This document shows, in pieces, positions 39,936 through 51,699 of a stretch of 64,000 bases of DNA. Below the pieces are notes generated by a model. The model was not told the DNA's origin and did not search any database. It was given only the letters and a program-made list of their open reading frames with translations. Both the position numbers and the translations under genes were made by a program. The stretch is from Azolla caroliniana (Eukaryota; Plantae; Polypodiophyta), in contig JBHGNT010000006.1 in NCBI GenBank assembly GCA_043228905.1, positions 14,756,001 through 14,820,000 of the forward strand, in the 5' to 3' direction. Each line of letters begins with the position of its first letter. The stretch's first letter is position 1.

Positions 39936-42900
39936 TGTGGCGGTCACATGGACCACACCCAAATTAGGCCGCTACCAAGCCCCCATAATTAGAAGAGCTA
40001 ATTGGAGCGGGAGAACACCCTCCACGCTAAGAGTAGTCTATAAAATGTAACTTGGAACGTAGTGGAAAAGGGGCTATTCTGGAGATCATTTCACATCTTG
40101 AACATTTCACATCTTGGTGGAGAAGCGGGGCAAAGCAACCCCAACTCATGACCCCAACAACACACGCCACGATGCAACACAACAACAAATTCAAGAACAT
40201 TAGCCCACATCTCCAATCGACCAACTGGTTCAAGCCTTGTCCAACATTGTTTTAAAAGTTAACCATACTAACCAAGCCATATTGTCATTTCTTTCAGCAC
40301 GATCCGAGCCACAACAAAATCTCCCGGACCCTCGAGTTCGCCCAAAACCATTCTCCAGCCTACCATCGGAATACGTCCTCTCTTGGCTGGATCATTTCGA
40401 AATGGTGGCCAATTACCACCAGTGGCCACACCCCCAGAAGGCAATGGAAATGAAGACACTCCTCGAGAATATCGCAACAACATGGCGCGTCCAACAACCC
40501 GAAGAGACACGCAACGATTGGGATCTGTTACGGGCAACCATGATTCAGAATTTTGCTCATCAAGACTCCCGCCAGATGGCCTTACAACAACTCGAGTCAA
40601 TTGCCCAACAACCACGCAAACCCATCACCCAGTTCGTGGTTCGGTTTGTGCAGATCCTACGTTGGGTTGATGTCAACATGTCGGAAGACATGAAGTTGTT
40701 TTTTTTCTGGCCGCGTATCTGACATGACCTCCGCCGCCGTGTATGCGATCAAGGCCCGACGACACTACACGAAGCCATCCTCACCGCCCAACGCATCGAA
40801 GTTGTAGACGCGCACGACATGCACACACCAGGTAATCTCAGTCACGATCATACAAACACTATGCCAGCCGCCACTCCCATGGACATCGACGTCCAGAACG
40901 CGCAATTACGCGCCAAGCGTGCATTGCCCAAACGAGACAGCCAGGGACGCCCCAAATGTTTCTACTACAACAACTATGGCCACATTCGGCGTCGCTGCTG
41001 AAAGTGGCAAAATCACCAACAGAAGCAGAACGTCCAATTAGCCGACGCTGCCTCCCTCTTTGAGCTCTCAGAAAACTAATGCGCGGGGTGCCGCAGGGAG
41101 AGCTGCCCTCGCACGTCCACGCCTCCACGTCATCAACTTCTCCCGTTTCTCCCACGATCCAACCGCCCCCGCATGTCCACGCCTCCACGTCATCACCTTC
41201 TCCCGTTTATACCACGATCGAGCCGACCCCGCATGTCCATGCCTCCACGTCATCACCTTCTCCCGTTTATACCACGATCGAGCCGACCCCGCATGTCCAC
41301 GCCTCCACGTCATCAACTTCGCCCGTTTGTACCACAATCGCTCGCCTCCAGCACACGACCCAAGAAGTTCTCCTCGACTCCAGCAACAACATCTCTTCCA
41401 TCAACGCAGATTTAGTCACCCAATTACAACTTCCCACAAGCCACGCACCGCCCATTAAAATCCTCTTCGGCGACCAACAACGGTTGTACCACTCACATAC
41501 GCAAGTCATGTGCATGCTCACCATTAGTTCCGCCCAGATCCAACATCGTTTCTACGTCCTCCTGTGCCAGTTGTTCCCAATCACCCTGGGCTGTGATTGG
41601 TTCCTCCATAGTCGAGCCTGTCTCGATTTCTCCTCACAACAACTCATCCTCCCCAATCACCTTCCGCTCGCGCTCTTCACTACTCTGCGAGATACCACCC
41701 ACATCAGCAACACATAGTACCTGGTATCACCGACAGAGCGCATCCACGACATCCGACGGCTCCTAGCCACCTTTCCCTTGCTATCTACACCACCTGCAAA
41801 ACCTCCCTCGGTCTGTTTTCCGATCCACCACACGATTCCTAGAGGCAACGCCTGCCCCATCAGCGTAGCTCCCCGACGTCGCTCGCCTCTCGACCACGAG
41901 CACATCGACAACATCGTCAAAACTATGCTACAACAAGGGATTATCACACCTTCCAAGAGCGAGTGGATCTCGGAGCCGCACATGGTAAAGAAAGGGGATG
42001 ACTCTTACCGTTTTTGTGTCAACTTCCGACAACTAAACCATGTCACCACCCATGACCGATATCCTCTCCCTCGTATCGACGACCTCCTCGATCAGTTCGG
42101 CAAATCAAAGTACTTCACCTCCCTCGATCTAGCCTCGGGATATTGGCAGATTCCTATGAATCCTAAAGATGCCCACAAAACTGCATTCCGCACTAGGAAA
42201 GGCATTTTTCAGTTCACACAGATGCCCTTCGGCCTATCCGATGTTGGGAGCACATTCCAGCGAATGGCTAACGCCATCTTCAATGATCTCATCACCCGTT
42301 GTGTCGTCATCGTCTATCTAGACGATATTCTGATACATACAAGCTCTTGGGCGGAACACCTTCAAGTCCTTCGGGAGGTCCTAACTTGTGTTCAACGCTA
42401 TCGATTGCAGCTGTAATGGAAGAAATGTTGATGGGGTAGTATGCGCCTCCGCTTCCTCGGGTACGTCATCTCCTCCGACGGAGTACAGATGGACCCAGAG
42501 AAGACGGAAGTAGTCCAAAAATTCCCACACCCCACCACAGTCAAGCAACTTCAACGCTTCCTCGGCCTCCTCACGTTCTCTCTCCGCTTCATCCCACGGC
42601 TAGCCCACCTGTTAGCCCCACTACGTGCGCTCTTGCAAAAGGACGCACCCTTCCTATGGACCGAAGCCTGCGAATCCAACTTCTTGCAGCTCAAGCGAAC
42701 ACTCCAAGCCTCTGACCTCCTGGCCCACCCTGATTTCACGAAGCCTTTCCATCTGCAGACGGATGCCTCCAATGTTAGCCTTGGTGCGGTCCTGCTCCAA
42801 TCCGACAACAAAGATCAACTCCACCCTATTGCCTACATAAGTCGGTCACTTACCAAAGCCGAACAAAATTACTCGACAACCGAAAAAGAGTTGCTTGCCA

Positions 42901-44652
42901 TCGTCTGGGCATTCCATCTGTTCCACCCATACTTACACGGATCAAATATATCAATCGAAACCGACCATCAGCCATTGCTCTCCCTCATAAAGAAGGCTCA
43001 TCCACCCAGTCACTTACTCCGTTGGGCTTTGGCGCTACAGGATTACACATTCACTCTGCGCTATCGTCGTGGCTCCCAGACCATCGTCACCGATGGATTA
43101 TCCCGCATATCCTTTCATGCGAACCAGATCGCCTTTGACACAATCGATTTCCCCATATCCTCGTCCCAAATGGCCAACATGCAACAACATGACAAAAAAA
43201 TCCAAGACATCTGCCACCGCCTACGAGCCAAGCCCACATCATCCCTCACCAAGCAATTCATGATCCAGGATAATGTCCTGCTTTTTTGCCAAGTAGGCAA
43301 GGAACCCCGGGTCTACGTGCATGAGCAACTGCGAATGTCTTACCTTCGTTTCTTCCACGATCACCCATTGTCCGGCCACTTGGGTTTTCATAAGGTGCTA
43401 GACAAAATCCGTTGCAAATTCTATTGGTCAGGGCTACGCCATGAGGTCGCCTCCTACATCAAAGCATGCAACTTATGTCAAGCCATCAAATCACCTCAAG
43501 TGGCTCAAGGCCTTTTACATCCGAAACAAGTTCAAGCTCCATTTGAAATCGTCGGATGGGACATTATGGGCCCCTTTCCCGAGTCACAAGAAGGGAACAA
43601 ATTCATCCTCGTCATAACTGAGTACTTGACGCGTTGGGCTGAGACGACCGTTATCCCTGATTCGAAGGCTATGACCATCGCCTCCAAACTATTGGAGAAA
43701 ATCATCTTCCCCCACAGTTGCCCACTCCAAATCTTGTCCGATCGAGGACCCTAGTTCAACAGCGAGCTCCTACGCCTCGTTTCTACACAATTAGGGATCT
43801 AACAATTATTCACGTCACCCTACCATCCGCAGACGAATGGATTGACGGAGCCCCTCAATTGCACCTTAAAACAACAAATCTCGGCTTACATCGATCCGCT
43901 GCACTCGACCTAGGACCGGATCTTGCCCTTCGTTACGCATGCCTACAACACAACTGTGCAAGCCTCCACCCGCATTAGCCCATTTCGGGCCCTTTACGAA
44001 AGGGACCCGCGCTTACCCCCAGAAGTGGTAGTCCCACAACCAATCACACGACTTCACTTTGACGCAGTGTCCTGGTGGTCCCACCTGCAACAACTCCAGC
44101 CCCTCCTCTGCAAAGCCATCACGAGCAACCTACACCAAGCACAGCTACGCCAAAAACGACAACACGATGCAGGCCGCGCTGACCATCAATACCACGTCGG
44201 CGACAAAGTCCTCGTCTATTTCTCCATCCGTCGTCGCGACCTCAACGAGTCGCTCATGCACCGATGGATCGGTCCCTTCGAAGTTCAAAAGCAGATACGC
44301 AACACTACATATTTACTCCGCCGTGCCTCCAACAACCGCTCTACCTTTGCCCACCAATCTCGCATGAAGCCCTTCCATCAGCTACCATCGCTCGCGCCCA
44401 CGCCCACGCCCGTGTCATCCCCTCGCTTAGAACTGTCGTCCACGCCCTGTCGCGATCTGACCGCACAATAACTTTTTTTTACAAGGGGGAACTGTGGCAG
44501 TCACATGGACCACACCCAAATTAGGCCCCTACCAAGCCCCCATAATTAGAAGAGCTAATTGGGGCGGGAGAACACCCTCCACGCTAAGAGTAGTCTATAA
44601 AATGTAACTTGGAACGTAACGGAGAAGGGGCTATTCTGGAGAGCATTTCACA
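39936..44652 (+). mobile_element. full-length Ty3/gypsy with 160-bp LTRs and tRNA-Ala PBS; degenerate; no chromodomain
   Basis: LTRs 39936-40095 and 44493-44652 (about 7 differences by eye). TSD GATAG/AATAG. PBS TGGTGGAGAAGCGGGG from 40115. PPT AAGGGGGAAC 44483-44492. Gag with degenerate knuckle (CFYYNNYGHIRRRC), RT YLDD, RNase H TDAS/NYSTTEKE, integrase HDHPLSGHLG and GWDIMGP. Confidence 0.93.
41107..41340. repeat. 60-bp tandem repeat x4 at the gag-pol junction
   Basis: CGCA(C/T)GTCCA(C/T)GCCTCCACGTCATCA... repeats every 60 bp and encodes PHVHASTSSPSPVYTTIEPT. Confidence 0.92.
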
Positions 44653-44692
44653 AATAGCTGTTTTAATAACAAACATTGATTTACGAACGAAA

Positions 44693-44696
<4 letters not shown>

Positions 44697-44744
<48 letters not shown>
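44697..44744 (+). promoter_or_regulatory. (AG)24 GAGA tract in MTA core promoter/5' UTR
   Basis: Perfect dinucleotide run ending 72 bp before the MTA ATG. GAGA elements are common at plant transcription starts. Confidence 0.7.
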
Positions 44745-44746
<2 letters not shown>

Positions 44747-44816
44747 CGTGTGTTTCCGAAACAACAGAAATTAACAAAGAAGAAGAGTTGGGAGGAGCAG
44801 AGGAGGAGGAGGAGCG

Positions 44817-46208
44817 ATGGCGGGAGAGGAGGAGGAGGAGGAGGAGGAGGGGGTTCTTCTGGTGATGCGCGAGCAGAGGCGTGAGCTAAGGGAGCAACTG
44901 GAGTCGCAGAGAAAGGCGCGTGTAGAGCTCATGAGCAGCCTCCAGGAACTGGTCCCCGATTTGGTTTCCTCCCTCCATCTCTCCCTCAAAGTCGTCTCTT
45001 CCTTCAGCGGGAAGGAGAGTGAGAGCTCCCACATATTTGGAAAACATGCTCACGCTCAGCAGCAGCAGCAGCCAGCGCCGCCTCCTCTTCTTCCTCCTCC
45101 TCCTAACAGTCTGTTAGGAGGAGGAGGAGGAGGAGGAGGAGGAGGAGCATCGTCATCATCATCCCCACGAACCTCCTCTTCCGCCAAAGTAGTTGCAAAG
45201 TCTGATGGCTTATCATCAAGGTTCGGAAGTGATGCTTCTCCTTCCACTGCTGCCGCCCCTGATGGTATCCGTGGAAAGCTGGAAGAGTCAGACAAAGATA
45301 TGGGGGGTCCCAATGAAACTTCCCTTGCTGCTGTCAAGAGGTTGATTGCCAGTTGCCTATTGTCTCCCTCCACAACTGTGCCTATTGATTCTGCTGGTCT
45401 TCACCGTCGTCTCCCTAAGGACCTCACTACAGCTGAAAAGAAGGCGATTAGTGAGATGAGTGGTGATAGAGGTGTCATCGTGGCTGTTGAAGCTGCTCTC
45501 CGTGCTCTTGCAGATGATAATGCTGGAGTTGAACTTGAGGAATTTACTGTTAGTGGTAAAACACGGTTGATGGTGCTAGGCTTAGATAAGAGCAGGTTAG
45601 CAAAGGAGGTACCTGTTCCGGTTATCCAGCCAAAGACAGGTGATGAACCGATGCCAAATACACCCTCTCACACACCAGGAACTGCAGGTTTGGAAATGAA
45701 TGGAGCATTGTTTCCAATGTCTGGCCGGTCAAATGATGCATGGGGAGGTGGTGCAGATGTTCACATGCAACATGGGCCTCCGTTACCTTTACCTGGACCT
45801 GGAGCAACTATGTATCCTGGAGGTGGCCCAGCAATGATGGGGCCTAGAGGAGGAAGGATGATGGTGGGAATGCATGGACTTCCAGGTGGCATGGGCATGG
45901 GCATGGGCATGGGTATGGGCATGGGCATGGGCATGGGCATGGGTATGGGCATGGGCATGGGCATGAGTATGGGCATGGGCATGGGTTTTGGTAGGCCGCC
46001 TGCATCCCAAGGTCCAGTCCCAGCTGCAGCTCCACAGATGATGACAGGAAGTAAAACGAAAGGTAACAGTGAAGAAGATGTTGCAAAGGATTTGGAAGCA
46101 ATGCTCGCAAAGAAGTCGTTTAAAGAGCTGCAAAAGTCAAAAACAGGAGAGGAGCTGCTTGATCTTCTTCATAGGCCAACTGCGAAGGAGACTGCAGTTG
46201 CAGAGAAG
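44817..46208 (+). CDS. MTA: mRNA m6A methyltransferase MTA (METTL3/MT-A70), exon 1
   Basis: LQELVPDLVSSLHLSLKVVSSF and KSKTGEELLDLLHRPTAKETAVAEK match plant MTA. GT donor at 46209, phase 0. Confidence 0.9.
45888..45983 (+). repeat. (GGCATG)16 coding microsatellite giving a (Gly-Met)n tract in MTA
   Basis: Hexamer repeat in frame within exon 1. Confidence 0.95.
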
Positions 46209-46274
46209 GTTTCTGGGTTTTATGTTGCTTCTTGATCTAACATTTCTTTACGCTAAGATCACTTCTTATTGCAG

Positions 46275-46373
46275 TTCAAAACAAAGGGAGGGTCTGTTCT
46301 AAAAGAATACTGCCCAAACCTTACGAAAGAAGATTGCAGGCGTCAGAGGAACTCTTATATAGCCTGTGAAAAG
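46275..46373 (+). CDS. MTA: MTA exon 2 (CCCH zinc finger start)
   Basis: TTGCAG acceptor; FKTKGGSVLKEYCPNLTKEDCRRQRNSYIACEK; GT donor. Confidence 0.93.
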
Positions 46374-46548
46374 GTTCTTAACAATTATGCTCTTTTAATA
46401 TGAGTCTGCTGATATTCTATCAGCTTTTTTTTCTGTAGATTGATGCCAGATCTTGGCTACTTTTTCTTCAAGACAGTGAAATCTATGTGAAAGATTTGTT
46501 CTTATTGAATGGGAAGCAATTGCTCTGATTTTTCTGGATTACTTGCAG

Positions 46549-46632
46549 GTTCATTTTCGGCGAATCATTGCTGTTCACACTGATGTTAATCTTGGAGATT
46601 GCTCATTTCTTGACACATGTAGGCACATGAAG
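46549..46632 (+). CDS. MTA: MTA exon 3
   Basis: TTGCAG acceptor; VHFRRIIAVHTDVNLGDCSFLDTCRHMK; GTAACG donor. Confidence 0.95.
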
Positions 46633-46765
46633 GTAACGTGGATAATCCATTCATATCTATGGATATCTTTCTTGTTTAAATGGATGTGTATGTGTATATG
46701 TATATGCATATTTCATGTAACAAATGTATGTTTTTTTTTTTCTTATTAGCTCATTGATTTTACAG

Positions 46766-47124
46766 ACTTGTAAATATGTACACTATGAGCTTGATCCAAC
46801 TCCAGATGTATCAGGCTTGGTGATGGGAGCTTCTGGAATCCCACCTAGAAAGATGTTAACGAAGACCACGCGGGTCGAGTACTGTTCAGAGGTAGAGCTA
46901 GGGGAACCCCAATGGATTAATTGTGACATTCGCTCCTTCAGAATGGATATTCTTGGACAGTTTGGAGTTATCATGGCCGACCCACCATGGGATATTCACA
47001 TGGAGTTACCTTATGGCACAATGGCAGATGATGAGATGAGGAACTTGAATGTGCCAGCCCTTCAAACAGATGGCCTCATCTTCCTTTGGGTTACTGGCCG
47101 AGCAATGGAGCTAGGCAGAGAATG
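46766..47124 (+). CDS. MTA: MTA exon 4 (catalytic DPPW)
   Basis: TTACAG acceptor; TCKYVHYELD...FGVIMADPPWDIHMELPYGTM...FLWVTGRAMELGRE(C); phase-2 GT donor at 47125. Confidence 0.96.
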
Positions 47125-47530
47125 GTATTTCTTAGCTATGATTGCTCTTTTCTTAATTATATAATGGTTTTTGGGCATTGCAGTATTTTTTAGAAGATAT
47201 AAATCACATGAAGTCATAGCAAAGACATGTTGAAAAATGATAAATTGTTAAGACATCAGTTCTTGCTTGCATTTCTTATCTTTTAGAATGGGTTTCTGTG
47301 CTATCTTTTCTGTTGATAGTCTTTACCAGTGTAGAGTTCAGTGTTTTGCATGCATCTTCTGGTTGATTGTTTTTTGTCTTGTGTTGAGGCTTAGACCACA
47401 TCCTTTATTTCTAAGGGATTTTCTTTTGTCTTTACAGGTGTTTGTTTATCCGTATATTTGTTTTGCTAGCCTTATCCTTTTTTATTTTGTCCATTGCGTC
47501 TTGAGATGTGATAGAAATCTTCTTTTTTGA

Positions 47531-47811
47531 TTGACTTGACACCAATTTTTTGACACTGATGACATGAATACTCATGTCAGAATTTGTTGAATCTTAAGTG
47601 TTTAAGAGCATACAACTCTTGTATTTGGTAGTAGTCTACACCTATTTTTGGATATTAATAACATGAATAGGGATGGCATGGTTTTTGTCAAATGTTGAAT
47701 ATTTAAGAGTGAGTGCTCCTTAAATTGGCCTAGTATGCTTGAAAAATGAGCAAGAATCTAAAAGATTTGACACTATACACTGATTAGTGCCAAAACTTGG
47801 TTGATGGTCAA
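47531..47811. mobile_element. probable MITE/foldback element in MTA intron 4
   Basis: Imperfect inverted termini TTGACTTGACACCAATTTTTTGACACT and AGTGCCAAAACTTGGTTGATGGTCAA, with weaker symmetry further in. TGA flanks both sides. Confidence 0.45.
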
Positions 47812-48221
47812 TGATGTCTCTGCATGCACATCTTTGCATTAATCCAACAAGAATCAAAAGATTACAAGAACATAGTCTTTTGACTAGCCAACACAAGATC
47901 TAGGAACTCAAAGCCATTATAGTGACCATGTTACTGAAAACGTGGCATATTCAAAATCGTGTAGATTATATTATGAGTTTCAACCAGTCACCATCTATGA
48001 GTTTTCCACACAAATCCCTAGTTGAGCAAAATATGCTAAAATTTTCAGAAACCAGAATTTCTGATTTCTGTAATCAACAATCCAACACAAGCCTCCTTAT
48101 TTAGGGTTGTGAAAGAACCGAAATGGTCCTAATAACTTTCTCTAAGAAATCATTAGAAACCCTAATTTCTTATTTGTTAATAACCAGCATAACACCTTTT
48201 GGACAGGCAAAAGATTGTGGG

Positions 48222-48460
48222 AAAGAAAGAAAGCTATATTAATGCTTTAAAATGTCAGAATGGCCTTTGAGATCAAACAAGAGGTTACATCTAATGATGT
48301 TTTCTCTTCTTTGAGAACAACGAAACACCAAAATAACTGTTAACTAAATGTAAAGTGCAAAATAATCTAGCAAGAACTAATGATTCTAAAATTTCATAGA
48401 TTGAAACCTTTGTTTGTGAAAATCTTCAACATAGGCCGCTTCAAGATAGAGAGAAACATG
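48222..48460 (-). mobile_element. short 3' end remnant of the RTE-X-like LINE family
   Basis: GAAAGAAAGAAAGCTATATTAATG...TGGCC...TTACATCT...CTTTGAGAACAA resembles the LINE 3' end at about 51700-51810, including the (TTTC)n tail. Confidence 0.55.
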
Positions 48461-48989
48461 GGAATGCAATGATTCTCAGCCCCAAGCTAGTGATGTAACT
48501 TCACCATCGTTTTGCATTGTGACAGTTGTCATTATGTTTGAAATCGTTTTGCATGAGCATGTATACTACGTCTAGTCAACACATTTTGTCATCACACCTC
48601 TTAGAGTGGGCAAACGTTACTCACATGTGTAAAAACCTAAACACATATAATTACCTTAAACCTAGTGATAATTGTTTCATGTAACTAATTGTACCCTATA
48701 CCTTCTTACCTACAATATATATGAAGCTTGTGAAGCTGCACTCCATATTTTCCTTCCATGTTTTTTCTATTTTTGGATCTCTTTTTCTATTAGATATTGC
48801 GTTTGACTCAACCTTGGTTTGTACTATCATGGTAAATCTTAAATGCATAATATGTGTAGTCACTAAGAAACAGATGTTAGGAAGGGAAATGAGAAAGTCA
48901 ACAGAAACATGGACAATACTAAGATTGTGCAATTGACAAGAGATTGCCCAAACCATCTTTCAAGTTGCCACATTGTCCTCAAGCTTCAA

Positions 48990-49586
48990 GACCAAGAGAG
49001 TTGCAATTGTCTTCTCAAGGGCTCAAAGCTTTGGTTTGTGGTCTATGAGGAAATCTTTGCTCCAACAGCAAGGTACAACCTATCTTTCAAATGAATGTCA
49101 AGTCAGCCTCCTTAAAGGTGACTTGAAAGAGGAAGTTTATGTAGAACAACCTCCAAGGTTTTGAAATTTTAGGTCGGCAAAAATGTCTACAAGTTACTCA
49201 AAGCCTTGTATGGCTTAAAGCAAGTTCCAAAAACTTGTTAAGGCAAAATTAATGCATTGTTTCTCTATGTTGGGTTATAGAATCGTTATGCTATTGACAA
49301 TCTTTATGTCTTTGCCTAAGATGGTTTGTTATGCTTTTTCATATTTTATGTTGATGACCTTTTAATTGTAGGATTCCATGCTTCCAAAATACAACAACTC
49401 TATATTGACTACAAAACCACATTTTTGGTCTCATAGGTCATATTTGACCACCAAAGATGATAATAGAATCTTCTTAGATTCTTCTCTCTAGAATTTGTGA
49501 ACTCTTTAAATGCCTTCTCCCTTTTCCACTTTTCCAGGATTATTCCCTCTTATTCCTTATTTGTTGTAGGGTTTAGTAGTACAAGG
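48990..49586 (+). mobile_element. old copia remnant (RT plus left part of its LTR); LTR continues at 58626-58830
   Basis: LKGDLKEEVYVEQPP, ALYGLKQ and YVDDL on +. 49460-49586 is the reverse complement of LTR sequence at about 49790-49915 and joins 58626 across the CAAGG duplication. Confidence 0.75.
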
Positions 49587-51699
49587 TGTGAGTAAAGCTG
49601 TTAATAGCAGCAACAGAACAATTGTTAGAACAAAATAGACACAACCAAGTTGTGAGAAGGCTGTTAGACAACAATAGTAAAAATGGTTGCAAAGAATAGA
49701 GACACAGCCAAAGAGTAGAGCTTGTTTTCAAGTAGCAACAAAAATAAAGTACTTACAACAGAGGCTAATATAGCCTATTTGGTAGTTAAGTGACTCTTGT
49801 ATTGCCAAACATGTATAATAAACTAGGAATAAGAGGGAATATCTTGGAAAAAGTGGAAGAGGGAGAAAGCATTTAAAGAGTTGTAGATTCTAGAGAGAGA
49901 AGAATCTAGGAAGAGAGAGAATGTAGACGAGAGATAATAAAGATGAAAGAGAGTGTAGGTTTGGAGTTGCCACCCTTTGACACCTCCTCTCAGCTCTAGA
50001 ACGGCGGTCCAACATTGAGCTGACGAAGGAGCTGATCAATAGCTTGCCTTGGAAGTGGCTTAGTAAATAAATCAACGACATTTTCTTGAGTAGGACAATA
50101 TGTCAAGTTGATGACTTGTGATTTCTCAAATTCACGAACAAAATGGTAGTGATCTTCAATATGTTTTGTTCTATCACGAAATGTTGAGCTATATGTCAAA
50201 GCAATGACGGCTGTCAATGAAAATTGCAATAGGAGAGTCTTGCAAAATACCAATGTGACAAAACAATTGGCATCTATGATTTCCAAGAAATCAAGCCTGA
50301 ACCTAACATAAAACAATAGCCAGATGTGGACCTTCTAGAATCAATATCACCTGCCCAATTAGCATTTGAGTAGCAACAAGCTCAATGTTGCCTCTTAAAG
50401 ACAGACCATAGTTGGCCAATTACCTAAGAACTCGAAGAGTTGCTTGCCAATGACTTTGCCTTGGAGCACTTGAGAATGGGCTGAGAATACTCACACTATA
50501 GGACAAATCATGCGTGGTGTAAGTTAAGTGAAGAAGAGACCTTATTAACCTTCTATATTTTGTGATATTTGAGTGTGTTGGCCAATTACCTAAGAACTCG
50601 AATAGTTGCTTGCCAATGACTTTGCCTTGGAGCACTTGAGAATGGGCTGAGAATACTCACACTATAGGACAAATCGTGCGTGGTGTAAGTTAAGTGAAGA
50701 AGAGACTCAATTAACCTTTTATATTTTGTGATATTTGCAAATATGGGAGAATTGGCTTCACGAGATAGCTTTGAGTTTGGATCCATTGGATAGGAGAATT
50801 GCTTGCAATTTGACATGCGATAGGTTTCAAGGAGCTGCTTGAGATACCTATGTTGGCTAAGGAAGATACCACCATGTGATTGATAGACCTCCATAACTAT
50901 GAAGTAATGGGGAAGTTCTAGATCAGTCAGTTCGAATGTGGTTTTGAGGTTAGCCCAGAGCTCCTCGATTTTAGAAGCAAGGAACCCTGCAATTAGAAGG
51001 TCATCAACATATAATATGGTCAAGCGTAACAAATTATCTTCGGAGAAGACATAGAGATTGCTGTCAACATAACAGTGCTGAAACCCAAGAGAGAAAGAAA
51101 GTATCGATTTTGTCATGCCAAGCTTTGGGAACTTGCTTTAAGCCAGGCTTTGTGTAACCTATAGACCATGTTTTTCCGCTTTGAAATCTCGAAACCAGGA
51201 GGCTATTCTACATAAACTTCCTCTTTCTAGTCACCATTAAGGAAGGCTGACATGACATCCATTTGTTGGGAACAGTAAGTGCGAGTGCACATCGAATAGA
51301 GGTGTGTACCTTGCTGTCAGAGCAAAAGTTTCCTCGTAGTCCACTCCTTCCACTTGTGAGTAGCCGTTTGCAATTAGACATGCCTTATGCTTATCCAAAG
51401 TACCATCAACATGTTACTTGGTCTTGAAAATCCATTTCAATCCAGTGACTTGCCTATTAGGGATCGACAACGTCTCGGCTCAAGCCTAAACCGTTTGGCT
51501 AAACTGGCTTAAATCAGCTTAGAGGCTCGGCTTGGTTTGAGCCTCGCCAAACTGGTTGAAACCGGTTAAGCCGTTTAGAAACTTGAGATAGAGAGAGAGA
51601 GGGAGGGAGAGTCGAGACTACACAGACGAGGAGAGAGAGAGAGAGAGGGAGACTACACAAAGGAGAGAGAGAGAGGGAGGGAGACTACACAGACGAGGA

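Noticed and set aside
41107-41340. CRISPR-like array (also the 28-bp and 38-bp repeats)
   Set aside because: Head-to-tail repeats without unique spacers, inside eukaryotic retrotransposons; no cas genes.
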